From positions 85,622-149,621 of the forward strand of contig CAYGSL010000005.1 of the NCBI GenBank assembly GCA_964352475.1: a stretch of 64,000 nucleotides of DNA, written 5' to 3'. The stretch is from an uncultured Pseudomonadales bacterium (lineage in GTDB: Bacteria; Pseudomonadota; Gammaproteobacteria; Pseudomonadales; JAUIET01). Of this stretch, positions 38,794 through 49,816 are shown piece after piece; the stretch's first letter is position 1; each line of letters starts with the position of its first letter. The notes under the pieces are model-generated. The model was not told the DNA's origin, did not search any database, and was given only the letters and a program-made list of their open reading frames with translations. A program made the translations under genes and the position numbers.

Positions 38794-40466
38794 TTCTTTC
38801 CCTGCGACCAACTGTCACGCAGACCGACCACTCGATTGAACACCAATTTGTCTGGCGCCGAGTCGTAGCGATCAACGCAAAAATAGCCTTCCCGCTCGAA
38901 TTGAAAACGCTGTTCAGCGGCAGCGCTTTGCAAACTTGCCTCAGCTCTGGCCTGCGCACATATTTGCAAGCTGTTCGGGTTTATGCACTCGGTATAATCT
39001 TTGTCCGAATCACTTTCCGGATTTTCAGCGGTAAACAGCCTGTCATACAAACGCACCTCAGCTGGAACACTGTGTTGTGCAGATACCCAGTGAATCACTC
39101 CCTTCGCCTTATAGCCTTCCGGATTCTTACCCAGTGTCGCCATGTCAACAGTGCAATGCAGCTCCGCAAGCTCACCATTCTCATCTGTTATGGCTCGTTC
39201 GAACTGCACAACATAAGCACCACGCAACCTTACAGCGGTACCAGGTGCCAGGCGCTTCCACTTTGGAGGCGCTTCTTCAGCATAGTCTGCTCTGTCTATA
39301 AACAGTTCTCGGCTAAACGGCACATCACGGCGACCAAGAGTTTCGTCTTTGGGGTGATTGGGCAAACTGAGCGTTTCCTGCTGATCATCAGGGTAGTTAC
39401 TCAACACCAGCTTTACGGGGTTTAGTACGCACATTGCTCTCGGAGCGTGCTTATCCAGATCATCTCTTATCTCATATTCCAGCATGCCTACATCAACGGT
39501 AGAGTAGGCACGGGCAATGCCTACCGCGTCACAGAAACGTCGAATTGAGGCAGGCGTGTACCCCCGGCGCCGCAGGGCGGCCAAAGTCGGCATTCTCGGG
39601 TCATCCCAGCCGTCCACCAACTGCTCATCCACCAGCCGCTTGAGCTTGCGCTTGCTGGTCACGGTGTAATTCAGATTGAGGCGAGCAAACTCGTATTGTT
39701 TTGGCTCTGCGGGTGTATCCACTTGCGCCACAAACCAATCGTACAACGGTCGGTGGTCTTCGAACTCCAGGGTACACAGCGAATGGGTAACACCTTCAAG
39801 TGCATCCGACAGACAGTGCGTGAAATCGTACATCGGGTAAATACACCAAGCATCGCCAGTTTGGTGATGATGCGCATAGCGTATCCGGTAAATGATGGGG
39901 TCGCGCATATTGATATTGGGAGACGCCATATCGATTTTTGCGCGCAATACGTGTTCGCCTTCTGCGAACTCACCTGCGCGCATGCGCTTAAACAAGTCGA
40001 GGTTTTCATCCACGCTGCGTTCACGGTGCGGACTGTTCTTGCCAGGTTCAGTCAAGCTACCGCGATACACTCGAGACTGTTCAGCGCTGAGACTGCATAC
40101 ATAAGCCTTGCCCTTCTTAATCAGCTCAATGGCAAACTCATACAGTTGCTCAAAGTAGTCAGAAGCGTAGCGTTCCTGACCAGACCATTGAAAACCAAGC
40201 CAGAGAATATCTTCTTTTATCGAGGCCACATAATCGGCGTCTTCTTTCTCAGGATTGGTATCATCAAAACGCAAATTACATCTGGCGGTAACGCGCTCGG
40301 CGTACTCTTCGGCCAGACCAAAGTTCAGACAAATGGATTTGGCATGACCTATGTGCAGGAAACCGTTGGGCTCCGGTGGGAATCGAGTCAGCAATTCAGT
40401 TACTTTGCCAGACTTGAGATCTTCATCAATGATGGTTTTGATGAAGTGACTTTTAGGAGTATCCAT
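38790..40466 (-). CDS. glnS: Glutaminyl-tRNA synthetase
   Basis: [38 protein letters not shown]. Confidence 0.95.
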   Translation of the reverse strand: MDTPKSHFIKTIIDEDLKSGKVTELLTRFPPEPNGFLHIGHAKSICLNFGLAEEYAERVTARCNLRFDDTNPEKEDADYVASIKEDILWLGFQWSGQERYASDYFEQLYEFAIELIKKGKAYVCSLSAEQSRVYRGSLTEPGKNSPHRERSVDENLDLFKRMRAGEFAEGEHVLRAKIDMASPNINMRDPIIYRIRYAHHHQTGDAWCIYPMYDFTHCLSDALEGVTHSLCTLEFEDHRPLYDWFVAQVDTPAEPKQYEFARLNLNYTVTSKRKLKRLVDEQLVDGWDDPRMPTLAALRRRGYTPASIRRFCDAVGIARAYSTVDVGMLEYEIRDDLDKHAPRAMCVLNPVKLVLSNYPDDQQETLSLPNHPKDETLGRRDVPFSRELFIDRADYAEEAPPKWKRLAPGTAVRLRGAYVVQFERAITDENGELAELHCTVDMATLGKNPEGYKAKGVIHWVSAQHSVPAEVRLYDRLFTAENPESDSDKDYTECINPNSLQICAQARAEASLQSAAAEQRFQFEREGYFCVDRYDSAPDKLVFNRVVGLRDSWSQGKK

Positions 40467-40580
40467 AGACGTTATTCACGCGGCATGAAACGCAATATTG
40501 CGTGACAGGCGGCTGGTTTCAAAAAGGCAAACCACGTATTATACCGGCTTCATACCCCTACGTAAGGCTATTGTTTCTGC

Positions 40581-41075
40581 ATGTTTATACTAAAAACCAA
40601 TTACGGCGATATTGAAATTGAACTCGATCACGAGAACGCACCAATCAGCGCTAAAAATTTCGCCGACTACGCCAACAGCGGCTTTTACGATGGCACTATA
40701 TTTCACCGCGTTATTGACGGCTTTATGGTTCAGGGTGGGGGCTTTGATGAGAACATGCAACAGAAAAGCGGCAATGATCCCATAGAAAATGAAGCGAATA
40801 ATGGCCTGAAAAATGAAACCGGTACCCTGGCCATGGCCAGAACCATGGACCCGCATTCGGCGTCTTCCCAGTTTTTCATCAATGTCGCAGACAACGGTTT
40901 CCTGAATCACACAGCCGAAACCTCGCAAGGCTGGGGCTACGCTGTATTCGGTCGCGTGACCAATGGCATGGACGTTGTTAACAAGATCAAGACCGTTAAA
41001 ACTGGCAGTAGCGCCGGTCATCAGGACGTACCAATCGACACAGTGGTTGTTGAAACGATTGTTGCCTCTGAATGA
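40581..41075 (+). CDS. ppiB: Peptidyl-prolyl cis-trans isomerase B (cyclophilin)
   Basis: 164 aa; [22 protein letters not shown]. Confidence 0.9.
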   Translation: MFILKTNYGDIEIELDHENAPISAKNFADYANSGFYDGTIFHRVIDGFMVQGGGFDENMQQKSGNDPIENEANNGLKNETGTLAMARTMDPHSASSQFFINVADNGFLNHTAETSQGWGYAVFGRVTNGMDVVNKIKTVKTGSSAGHQDVPIDTVVVETIVASE

Positions 41076-41128
41076 TTAAGGCCCGGCATCAATAACAGTG
41101 CGGCTCTGACCAGGCAGGCCATTCAAGC

Positions 41129-41866
41129 ATGACTGTTAAACGTACGCTGTTCATTTCTGATTTGCACCTGCATGCCAGCAGGCCACAGGTGCTTACTGCG
41201 TTTGAGGCCTTTATTGAGGAGCAGCGCGGTTGCTGTGAGCAGCTGTTCATTCTTGGCGATTTGTTTGAGGCCTGGCTTGGCGACGATGATCGATCGGAAC
41301 TAAGCACGCGCGTAGAACAAGCACTCAGCGAGCTGGCTGCAAGTGGCTGCCGTATTGCAATTATGCATGGCAATAGAGACTTTCTTATTGGCGCAGACTT
41401 CTGCGCACGGTGCTCTGCACAACTCATCAACGATCCAAATAGCATAGATCTGTACGGCAAAAAGGTTCTGTTGATGCACGGAGATACGCTGTGCACAGAC
41501 GATACCGATTACCTAGAGTTCCGGGCTCGTATTAGACACCCCGCTTCGGTTCAAGGCTTGTTGTCGAAACCGCTGGCGGAACGACGTCAGATTGCCGCGC
41601 AATTGCGTGCTGATAGTAAGGAAGCCATGAGCAATAAAGCCGAAGACATTATGGACGTGACCGGCGCAGAGGTAGAAGCGCAGATGGCCGCACACAAAGC
41701 AGACGTTCTTTTTCACGGCCATACACATAGACCAGACAAGCATATACACACGGTCAACGGCGAGCCGCGAGAGCGATATGTGCTAGGTGATTGGGAAGAC
41801 AATCTGTGGTATCTGGACGTAAGCCCGGAATCGACAGAACTGGTCTGCAGGGCTATCTCACAGTAG
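41129..41866 (+). CDS. lpxH: UDP-2,3-diacylglucosamine diphosphatase
   Basis: FISDLHL, LGDLFEAWLGDD, GNRDFL, GHTHRP. It follows ppiB, as in E. coli. Confidence 0.9.
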   Translation: MTVKRTLFISDLHLHASRPQVLTAFEAFIEEQRGCCEQLFILGDLFEAWLGDDDRSELSTRVEQALSELAASGCRIAIMHGNRDFLIGADFCARCSAQLINDPNSIDLYGKKVLLMHGDTLCTDDTDYLEFRARIRHPASVQGLLSKPLAERRQIAAQLRADSKEAMSNKAEDIMDVTGAEVEAQMAAHKADVLFHGHTHRPDKHIHTVNGEPRERYVLGDWEDNLWYLDVSPESTELVCRAISQ

Positions 41867-42478
41867 CGGTAAACCGCTGTGAAATCGAAAATCCGGATCG
41901 GGGTTGCTGATAAGTTCGGCTTCTTTTTCGCTCAGCTCGCGCAGCTTGTCTGCGCAGTAAGAATCCTCTATATGTTCTGCGCGCAGCGACTCAGCCAGTT
42001 TTAAATAGTCCTGAAAGTGGCGCTTTTCAGACGCCAGCAATGAACGATAGAACTTGGCAAGCTCATCATCAAGGTGAGGTGCCAGCACACCAAAGCGCTC
42101 GTAAGATCTAGCTTCAATCAAGGCGCCAAGCAATAAGGAATCAAGCAAGCGGTAAGGTTCCTGTTGGCTGACCTGCTTGTGCAACTGACCGGCGTAACGC
42201 GCTGAACTGATTTGCTCATAGTCGATACCTCTTTGCTGCATGATAGACAGCACTTGTTCAAAATGACGCAGCTCCTCACGGGCAAGGCGCGACATTTTGT
42301 GCAACAAACCCGGATGCTCAACGTACCGATACATCATGCTCAACGCGGTAGACGCCGCTTTCTTTTCACAATTGGCATGGTCAATGAGCAGTAGCGCTAA
42401 ATTATCAACCGCCGCCTGTAGCCAGGCATCAGGTGTAGCAACCAATAGTAATTGCTCTGCGGAGTCAGGTAAGGTCAT
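41858..42478 (-). CDS. miaE: tRNA-(ms2io6A37)-hydroxylase MiaE
   Basis: LLIDHANCEKKAASTALSMMYRY, EELRHFEQV, EARSYERF (diiron motifs). The start is taken at MTLPDS (42478). Confidence 0.8.
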   Translation of the reverse strand: MTLPDSAEQLLLVATPDAWLQAAVDNLALLLIDHANCEKKAASTALSMMYRYVEHPGLLHKMSRLAREELRHFEQVLSIMQQRGIDYEQISSARYAGQLHKQVSQQEPYRLLDSLLLGALIEARSYERFGVLAPHLDDELAKFYRSLLASEKRHFQDYLKLAESLRAEHIEDSYCADKLRELSEKEAELISNPDPDFRFHSGLPLL

Positions 42479-42507
42479 GGGAAAAAGATCCGGCTTCCGT
42501 GCAAGCC

Positions 42508-42969
42508 TTAAGGAAAGTATCGCTCGAAGTGAGCACTGGACAACTGCCAAAAATCCCGGTCTATAGCATCACGTATTTCGATAACCGTCCAGTTTTCATA
42601 GCCCGCTTGCGCGCGCAAACCAAAATCTGTAAATGGCCTGACCTGTTCACCACCGGCTCTGAGCAATTCGAAGGCCTGAGAATAAGGGCCACGATGTTTG
42701 CCAACGCGTATTTTAAATTGCCGGATTTTGTCAGCCAACTTCAACTCATCTATAACACTGATGTACTCTTTACTGACTCGCTGGAGAAACTCCTGCAGGC
42801 GCGAGTCAATCAACCGTTTTTGATCTTCATTAAACGAATTCCAGTGAATCACCTCGTGATTGAAACGCTTGCACCCGCGGCAGACGCTGTCGCCCAGTGC
42901 GGTTGAGCAAATGCCAATACAAGGTGTTGTTATGCGTTTAAACGGTGATAATGGAGTGGCTGCGATCAT
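42508..42969 (-). CDS. DUF1289 (YdhL-like, Cys-rich) domain protein with a ~100-aa C-terminal extension
   Basis: N-terminus TPCIGICSTALGDSVCRGCKRFNHEVIHW. I do not recognise the remainder. Confidence 0.6.
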   Translation of the reverse strand: MIAATPLSPFKRITTPCIGICSTALGDSVCRGCKRFNHEVIHWNSFNEDQKRLIDSRLQEFLQRVSKEYISVIDELKLADKIRQFKIRVGKHRGPYSQAFELLRAGGEQVRPFTDFGLRAQAGYENWTVIEIRDAIDRDFWQLSSAHFERYFP

Positions 42970-42983
42970 GCAGCAATTATGCG

Positions 42984-45053
42984 CTAACTCGCTGTCGCTG
43001 CAAAGCGATCGCTGTTCTGTACTGCAATTTTGCGCTTGTGCAATGCACTTGCTCGAACAAACTGGCGCACCTCGCTGCGAAGCTTGCGTTGCAATTCCGG
43101 CGACGCTTGCTGGGCTGGCTGTGCGTTATATCGTATTGAATTGTACAAGTGCGCGATGCGTTTGGCTGAATCGGCAAGCTCCGGATGCTGCAGGGCAATA
43201 CGAGAAGCCAGTGTATTAGCACCCTCACCTTGATTCCGCATTACGCCAAGCCGCTCAACCGCGCGCACGTGTTGCAGATAGCACTTATCTACCACATGCA
43301 ACTTGTGCTTCACTTTTTGCCGCAAAAGGCTGAGTGCAACAAGCAATAACACGGCACCTCCACTGAGCAATACAAACAAAGCGATACGCCAGCCATTTAC
43401 CTGACCAAGCCATTCTTCCAAAACTTGCATCTGCAGTTCCGTGTCATAGTTCAGCACCCATTTGGTCCATGAATAATTAACACTGTCCCAACGCAGTCTC
43501 GCCCAACGCAACATAGGCAGCTCACGCAAATTAAAGAAAGGCAGGGCCGAATTCTCAACAATTTCTTCAGCGAGCAGCTCATTAATACTTGATTCAACCC
43601 GTTCAGGCGCAACCGCGGCGGTCGGATCTACACGTTGCCATCCACGCCCTTCAAACCACACCTCGGTCCATGCGTGCGCATCAAACTCATGCACCAGCAG
43701 ATAGTTTTCAAACGGGTTCAACTCACCACCTTGATAACCAACTACTACGCGCGCCGGAACTCCAGCCGCGCGCATAAGAAAAACAAAGCTTGACGCATAG
43801 TGTTCGCAAAAGCCGCTGCGAGTAGAAAACAGAAATTCGTCTACCGAGTGTCTACCCAATTTAGGCGGCCGGATGGTATACACGAATTCCTCGCGGTTAA
43901 ACATGCGTAGAACAGATTGCACATAAGCCTGTTCCGATCCCGCCTCACTTCGCAATTTGCGCGCTAACTCCGTGGCCCTTGGGTTAAAGCCTTCTGGTAG
44001 CTGTAATTCAATGCCGCGCCGATAATCATCAAGCTCAGGTTCGAGAACGTATTCCTGCCAGCTGTTTACCTGGTACTGAAAACGCTGATCCAGCGGGTAA
44101 ATGGTTCGCAGTGTTGCATTGCCAGCCTGCAGAACGGACTTGGTATTCGATCTTGCTAATGGCATTGCATACAGCCAAGGCTGGCGACTTGCTTCCATGG
44201 TCACCGTGTAACTACTGGCATCGCTGAGTTTAGTAGTGTCCATGGAGACGGAGCGCACGTATTGTTTCCAGCTCATTTCTGCGGACTTATTGGAATCTGC
44301 CGACCAGCGTCGACCGTCAAAACTGGAAAACACCAGCCCCCGCCAGTACAACTGGTCGGCTGGGGGAATGTCGCCATCAAAGCTTACTCTGAACGCCAAG
44401 TCGGAAGACCCTGCCAGATTGGATATGTCGCCAGGCGACATACTGTCAGAGGGACCGGTTTTGGCGCGACTCTCGGCACCCGGAACAGACCACAAAGGAT
44501 CAATACGCGGAAATACAATAAACATGATGACCGTGAGCGGTATGGCCTGCGCGATCAGTTTGGCCGACGCGCCAAACGCATGAGTCAGTGCTGGACGCTC
44601 CTCCGTTTCGTGCAAGGCAACCAGTGCACCGGTTACCAATGCCGCAGTCAGCAGAATATACAAGGCATCGACTATGCCCTGCTCAAACAGGAAATGCGTG
44701 GCGGCAACGAAATAAGCGAGATAAATAACGACCAGCACATCCCGTCGTGATTTCATCTCTATTAGTTTTAGAGCAAACGTGGTTATCAGCAACGCAATAA
44801 TCGGCTCTAGCGAAAAAAGATTGCCGTATTCACGGACTATCCCAACAATACTGATAATCACCAATAGAGTTTTTAAAACCCCACTCGGATAAAAGCCTCT
44901 GCCGGTGTAAAGCAGTAATCGCCACATCGCACAAACAATAGCGACTGCTGACACCCACAGTGGCAGCCTAAAGAGATGCGGGGCAAGAACCGCCAGCTGC
45001 GCTACCAGCAACGCCGCCAGACAATTTCTCGGTATTTGATACACCAGCGCCAT
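42984..45053 (-). CDS. tgpA: Transglutaminase-like membrane protein TgpA
   Basis: N-terminal multi-TM region. The C/H/D triad is in context: GFCEHYASSF, DAHAWTEVW, RVDPT. The start at 45053 overlaps the DUF58 stop (TAATG); the track extension to 45242 is rejected. Confidence 0.85.
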   Translation of the reverse strand: MALVYQIPRNCLAALLVAQLAVLAPHLFRLPLWVSAVAIVCAMWRLLLYTGRGFYPSGVLKTLLVIISIVGIVREYGNLFSLEPIIALLITTFALKLIEMKSRRDVLVVIYLAYFVAATHFLFEQGIVDALYILLTAALVTGALVALHETEERPALTHAFGASAKLIAQAIPLTVIMFIVFPRIDPLWSVPGAESRAKTGPSDSMSPGDISNLAGSSDLAFRVSFDGDIPPADQLYWRGLVFSSFDGRRWSADSNKSAEMSWKQYVRSVSMDTTKLSDASSYTVTMEASRQPWLYAMPLARSNTKSVLQAGNATLRTIYPLDQRFQYQVNSWQEYVLEPELDDYRRGIELQLPEGFNPRATELARKLRSEAGSEQAYVQSVLRMFNREEFVYTIRPPKLGRHSVDEFLFSTRSGFCEHYASSFVFLMRAAGVPARVVVGYQGGELNPFENYLLVHEFDAHAWTEVWFEGRGWQRVDPTAAVAPERVESSINELLAEEIVENSALPFFNLRELPMLRWARLRWDSVNYSWTKWVLNYDTELQMQVLEEWLGQVNGWRIALFVLLSGGAVLLLVALSLLRQKVKHKLHVVDKCYLQHVRAVERLGVMRNQGEGANTLASRIALQHPELADSAKRIAHLYNSIRYNAQPAQQASPELQRKLRSEVRQFVRASALHKRKIAVQNSDRFAATAS

Positions 45054-46012
45054 TACCGCTTCTGCCCATAGAGTGCCAGAGCTTGCAGCGTCTGCAACTT
45101 GTGCAGCGTGCCCATGGCCGGTGGGAATGACAGGCCAGGCAGTCGCATGCCGTACTCCATCGCCTGCTGTTCGGCATAAAGTATCAAGTAGCACATTCGT
45201 GACAAGCGCGTTTCCGTATCGTCGCCGTCGAATTGTTCCCAATCAATCCATATCTGATGATCAGCTTGCGACTGATAGTGCTTGGTCATCATCGGTAGGC
45301 CTTTGGCCACGTTCCGCCAGGCTACTTGTTTCAACGAATCGCCAGGCACATAATCTTTGAAACCGGCAAAGTCGTCGCTACCATGTTGCTGGGTGTAACT
45401 GCCCTCGTCATTGATCTCAGCGACCGACTGCAATTCAGCACGAGTAATCTCGGGTCTCGGATAAACGAGACACTTTGCGTCAAAATCCAACCAGGTCCAT
45501 GCACGTATCAAACCTAGCGGGTAATAGGTTTCAACCAGCAGACGGCCTAACTTAAGTACCCCTCGACGGGGTGCTGGTACGAAGATGGATATTCGCTTCT
45601 GTGTGCCTTTGACCAAGTCTGCGGTCACCGGGTCTGCGTCTTCCCATGCGAAACGAATACCTTCGTAGCGCCTATGCCCGCTGCGGGATAAAACCAATTC
45701 AAAATCTGCGAAGTCGCCAGCAAAAGTGGGTCTGGCGGCCGTGCTGCGGATAGTGAGACCGGAAAGATTGCTGTAGGTATGCAGAATCGTGATCAGAAAT
45801 ACGCCCAGCAACAGAAACGCAAAGCTGAACAACATATTATTTTCATAATTGATGCCGCCCAATAACAGGCCAAGCACCAACAACAAGAAAACCACACCCG
45901 CTCTGGACGGAAAGATAAAGATGCGACGCTGGTTTAGCGTGATCTCGCCGGAACGTGGAATCCGACGATCCAGCCACGCGGCGAATCGTCGTTGGATGGC
46001 GTGTTGCAGCAT
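45053..46012 (-). CDS. DUF58 (vWA-like) protein
   Basis: 319 aa with two N-terminal TM helices. It lies between the MoxR ATPase and the transglutaminase, as in the known three-gene cluster. Confidence 0.75.
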   Translation of the reverse strand: MLQHAIQRRFAAWLDRRIPRSGEITLNQRRIFIFPSRAGVVFLLLVLGLLLGGINYENNMLFSFAFLLLGVFLITILHTYSNLSGLTIRSTAARPTFAGDFADFELVLSRSGHRRYEGIRFAWEDADPVTADLVKGTQKRISIFVPAPRRGVLKLGRLLVETYYPLGLIRAWTWLDFDAKCLVYPRPEITRAELQSVAEINDEGSYTQQHGSDDFAGFKDYVPGDSLKQVAWRNVAKGLPMMTKHYQSQADHQIWIDWEQFDGDDTETRLSRMCYLILYAEQQAMEYGMRLPGLSFPPAMGTLHKLQTLQALALYGQKR

Positions 46013-46023
46013 GATGAGTTACG

Positions 46024-46947
46024 TCAGGCAATCACCGCAACTTGATTCAACAGCTGATGAACAAGTGCTGCACTGTCGCCCTGGAAATGCGCGGCGGCTC
46101 TGAATCTATGCCCGCATACAGCTGGAAGTACGGCTTGCACATCTTCTGGTACTACGTGACTTCGACCTTCCATCAGCGCCCAGGTTTTGGCTGCACGCAG
46201 CAGCGCAAGCGCTCCGCGCGGAGACAAGCCATAGGCAAATTCTTCTGCGTTGCGCGAGTATTCAACCAGACGTTGTACGTAGTCCAGCAAAGCATCTGAG
46301 GTTTTAATCTTCGCGGCCGCTTGTGAGATTTCTTCCAGATCTGAGGCATTGAGTCGTTGCTCCAGCACCGCTAGCTGAGCTTTGCTATCAACCCCCGTAT
46401 ACAATTTTCTTTCTGCACTAGGGTCAGGATATCCCAGCTCTATACGCATTAGAAAACGATCTAACTGCGACTCGGGCAAGGGATATGTACCCGATTGGGT
46501 AACCGGATTTTGTGTCGCGATCACAAAGAAAGGCGGTTTTAATACTCTGGTTTCGCCCTCCACAGTCACCTGTCCTTCCGCCATGGCCTCGAGCAAAGCA
46601 CTTTGCGTTTTTGGTGTAGTACGATTTATTTCGTCAGCCAGCAGCACTTCGGTAAACACCGGCCCCGGGTGAAATTTGAACTGCGAGGTGTTTTTATCGT
46701 AGATCGAAAAACCCAGTATATCGGCAGGCAGCAAATCGCTAGTGAACTGAACACGGTTATGCTCCAGCCTGAGCACCTTGGCTAGCGCCTGCGACAGGGT
46801 AGTTTTGCCCATGCCGGGCAGGTCTTCGATCAATAAATGACCTTTGCAAAACAGACAGCACAGAGCGAGTCGAATCTGGCGTTCCTTGCCCAGTAAAACC
46901 TTACCTACTTCATCAACAACCCGGTTTATGTCCGATTCGGTACTCAT
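46024..46947 (-). CDS. MoxR-family AAA+ ATPase
   Basis: EDLPGMGKTTL (Walker A), LLADEINR (Walker B), ATQNP. Confidence 0.9.
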   Translation of the reverse strand: MSTESDINRVVDEVGKVLLGKERQIRLALCCLFCKGHLLIEDLPGMGKTTLSQALAKVLRLEHNRVQFTSDLLPADILGFSIYDKNTSQFKFHPGPVFTEVLLADEINRTTPKTQSALLEAMAEGQVTVEGETRVLKPPFFVIATQNPVTQSGTYPLPESQLDRFLMRIELGYPDPSAERKLYTGVDSKAQLAVLEQRLNASDLEEISQAAAKIKTSDALLDYVQRLVEYSRNAEEFAYGLSPRGALALLRAAKTWALMEGRSHVVPEDVQAVLPAVCGHRFRAAAHFQGDSAALVHQLLNQVAVIA

Positions 46948-47035
46948 TCAGCAGCCAGCCTATTCTCATCTTGTGATTCAGTAAAGTGTAGCAGCTGGCA
47001 ACTGATGTTAAGCGATGGTGATCAGCTACCTTTGT

Positions 47036-48247
47036 TTAAAGTATCCCATCGAAAGCGCTCTGCAGATCAGCTTTTATGTCGGCCGTGGTCTCAAGCCCCA
47101 CCGATAGTCGGATCAAACCTTCACCTATGCCAGCTGCCGCCTTTTCCTCATCACTTAGCCGACTATGGGTAGTCGTTGCCGGATGGACCACCGTCGATTT
47201 AACGTCGCCCAGATTGGCGGTATGTGAAATCAGCGTCAATTGATCGATAAACGCCCAGGCCAGCTCGCGCGCTTGCTTTTTGCCCACACGCAGGTCGAAA
47301 GATACAACGCCGCCAAAACCCGACTGCTGTCGTTTAGCCAATTCATGCCCGGGATGATCGACAAGGCCGGAGTAATACGCTTTTGCCACGCCTTCGTGCC
47401 CTGCAAGCCACTCTGCCAGTTGTTGACTGGCCTGGCAGTGCGCATTCATGCGTAAATGCAGTGTTTCAAGCCCTTTTAGAAAAACCCACGCATTGAAAGG
47501 CGCCATCGTAGGCCCGGCTGCTCTAACGAAGCCAAGCACTTCCGCCATATCGTCATTGTTGCCAAGCACTACGCCACCGAGACAGCGACCCTGGCCATCC
47601 AGATATTTGGTCGCCGCATAAGTGACAATATCAGCGCCCAGTTCCAATGGCCGCTGTAACACCGGAGTACAAAAACTGTTATCAACCACCAACTTCGCAC
47701 CCTGCGCTCTTGCCAATCCCGCAAGAAACGGCAGGTCGCCAATATCGTTCAATGGGTTTGAGGGGGTTTCCATTAACAGCAGTCGCGTATTGCTGCGCAT
47801 TTCCGCTTGCCATTTGGCCTTGTCAGTCAACGGAACGTAAGTGACCTCCACGCCCATTTTCACGAAATACTTATTCAACAGAACAATGGTTGAACCAAAC
47901 ACCGCATTTGAGCACAGTACGTGATCACCCGCGCGCAACAAGGCCATGCAGGTGGCTAGAATGGCCGCCATTCCAGATGATGTGGCAACGGCAGATTCGG
48001 CGCCTTCCAGTGCCGCTATGCGTTGCTCAAACGTTCGAACCGTTGGGTTGGTATACCTTGAGTACACATTCCCCTGGCTGTCACCACTGAATCTCGCCGC
48101 CGCTTCAGCCGCAGAGGAAAATACATAGCTTGAGGTATTGAACAGCGCTTCGCTGTGCTCACCTTCAGCGGTACGTTCATGCCCCGCCCGAATGGCAAGC
48201 GTTTCCTGGCCTGGCCATTGACCAGGTTCATCTGCATCGGCGCTCAC
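47036..48247 (-). CDS. metZ: O-succinylhomoserine sulfhydrylase
   Basis: Cys/Met-metabolism PLP fold; YSRYTNPT, ATKYLDGQG (PLP Lys). It lies next to purF, as in Pseudomonas. Confidence 0.85.
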   Translation of the reverse strand: MSADADEPGQWPGQETLAIRAGHERTAEGEHSEALFNTSSYVFSSAAEAAARFSGDSQGNVYSRYTNPTVRTFEQRIAALEGAESAVATSSGMAAILATCMALLRAGDHVLCSNAVFGSTIVLLNKYFVKMGVEVTYVPLTDKAKWQAEMRSNTRLLLMETPSNPLNDIGDLPFLAGLARAQGAKLVVDNSFCTPVLQRPLELGADIVTYAATKYLDGQGRCLGGVVLGNNDDMAEVLGFVRAAGPTMAPFNAWVFLKGLETLHLRMNAHCQASQQLAEWLAGHEGVAKAYYSGLVDHPGHELAKRQQSGFGGVVSFDLRVGKKQARELAWAFIDQLTLISHTANLGDVKSTVVHPATTTHSRLSDEEKAAAGIGEGLIRLSVGLETTADIKADLQSAFDGIL

Positions 48248-49773
48248 TAGTAAACCTCATTGTGAAGACCAATCACATGGTTTTCACCAGCGCCAATTTG
48301 CTCGCGCTTTTTTTCTTTCACTGCATCGGCGCGTTCAGACTCTAGTCTTAACAGGTACGCTTCATCCACGTCACCGGTCAAATATTCTCCAGTAAACACA
48401 GAGCAGTCAAATTCTGAAATTTCGGGGTTGCCTTCTTTAGAGCATTCAATCAAATCTGCCAAATCCTGATAAATCAACCAGTCGGCGCCTATTTGCTCGC
48501 ACACTTCATCTGTAGTACGACCATGGGCAATGAGTTCATGAACCGAAGGCATATCGATGCCATAGACGTTTGGATGCACAACTGCAGGGGCTGCCGACGC
48601 AAAATACACCTTGTTCGCACCGGCATCTCTGGCCATTTGAATAATCTGTTTGCAGGTCGTTCCACGCACAATTGAATCGTCAACCAACAACACATTCTTG
48701 CCACGAAATTCCAGCTCGATGGTATTTAGTTTTTGCCGTACCGATTTTCGTCGCTCTTGCTGACCAGGCATGATGAACGTACGACCAATGTAACGGTTCT
48801 TCATCAAGCCTTCACGAAACTTGACGCCAAGATCATAGGCCAGCACCTGGGCCGCCACCCGGCTGGTGTCCGGAATGGGAATCACAACATCAATATCATG
48901 GTCTGGCCGCAAGGCGAGTATTTTGGCTGCCAGTTTTTCACCTTGGCGTAAACGTGCTTTATAAACGGAAATACCATCAATGATCGAATCTGGTCGGGCC
49001 AGATAAACGTGCTCAAAAATACAGGGCGTCAATGACGTTTTATCGGCGCATTGCTGCTTGCTCAATTCGCCATCGGCACTGACATACACTGCCTCACCGG
49101 GTGCAACGTCGTCTATGAGATCAAACCCCAATACATTCAGCGCAACGCTTTCTGACGCAAACAGGTATTCAGTGCCGTTCTCAGTCTCGCGCTTCCCATA
49201 GACCAATGGCCGTATCCCGTTGGGATCGCGAAATCCAACTATTCCATGGTCACCCACCATCGCAACGACCGCATAAGCGCCCCTACACCTATCATGAACA
49301 CCCCGCACCGCCCGAAAGATATCTTCAGCCGTTGGTTGTACTCGGTATTCAGACTGCAATTCCTTGGCAAACACATTGAGCAACACCTCGGAATCAGAAT
49401 CGGTGTTCAGGTGACGTAAATCTGCTTTTACCAGTTGCTCCCGTAAAATACTGGCGTTAGTGAGATTACCGTTATGAGCAAGACTAATACCGTAAGGGGA
49501 ATTGACATAAAATGGCTGCGCAAGCTCTGAGCTTGAACTGCCTGCTGTGGGATACCGGCAATGCCCTATACCCATATGGCCGCGAAGATTGTGCATGTGG
49601 CGCGCGCGAAACACATCGCGAACAAGACCGTTGGCTTTGCGTTGATGAAGCCGACCATCTTCGCTGGTTACGATGCCTGCTGCGTCCTGCCCACGATGTT
49701 GCAAAATGGTCAGCGCGTCGTACAGCGCCTGATTGACTTCACCGGTGCCAACGAGCCCCACTATTCCACACAT
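48247..49773 (-). CDS. purF: Amidophosphoribosyltransferase
   Basis: MCGIVGLVG (N-terminal nucleophile Cys) and PRTase motif [13 protein letters not shown]. Confidence 0.95.
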   Translation of the reverse strand: MCGIVGLVGTGEVNQALYDALTILQHRGQDAAGIVTSEDGRLHQRKANGLVRDVFRARHMHNLRGHMGIGHCRYPTAGSSSSELAQPFYVNSPYGISLAHNGNLTNASILREQLVKADLRHLNTDSDSEVLLNVFAKELQSEYRVQPTAEDIFRAVRGVHDRCRGAYAVVAMVGDHGIVGFRDPNGIRPLVYGKRETENGTEYLFASESVALNVLGFDLIDDVAPGEAVYVSADGELSKQQCADKTSLTPCIFEHVYLARPDSIIDGISVYKARLRQGEKLAAKILALRPDHDIDVVIPIPDTSRVAAQVLAYDLGVKFREGLMKNRYIGRTFIMPGQQERRKSVRQKLNTIELEFRGKNVLLVDDSIVRGTTCKQIIQMARDAGANKVYFASAAPAVVHPNVYGIDMPSVHELIAHGRTTDEVCEQIGADWLIYQDLADLIECSKEGNPEISEFDCSVFTGEYLTGDVDEAYLLRLESERADAVKEKKREQIGAGENHVIGLHNEVY

Positions 49774-49816
49774 ATCAAACCACTAGCTTTGTCAGGCGCC
49801 AACAAAGACGCAACGT

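Noticed and set aside
40490-40503. 14-bp perfect palindrome ACGCAATATTGCGT in the glnS/ppiB divergent promoter region, as a possible operator.
   Set aside because: Several such 7+7 palindromes are expected by chance in a window this size, and there is no second copy or recognisable TF consensus.
39696-40505. 269-aa plus-strand ORF.
   Set aside because: It lies entirely antisense to glnS, whose product has unambiguous class-I aaRS motifs. The translation has no recognisable motifs, so it is a shadow ORF.
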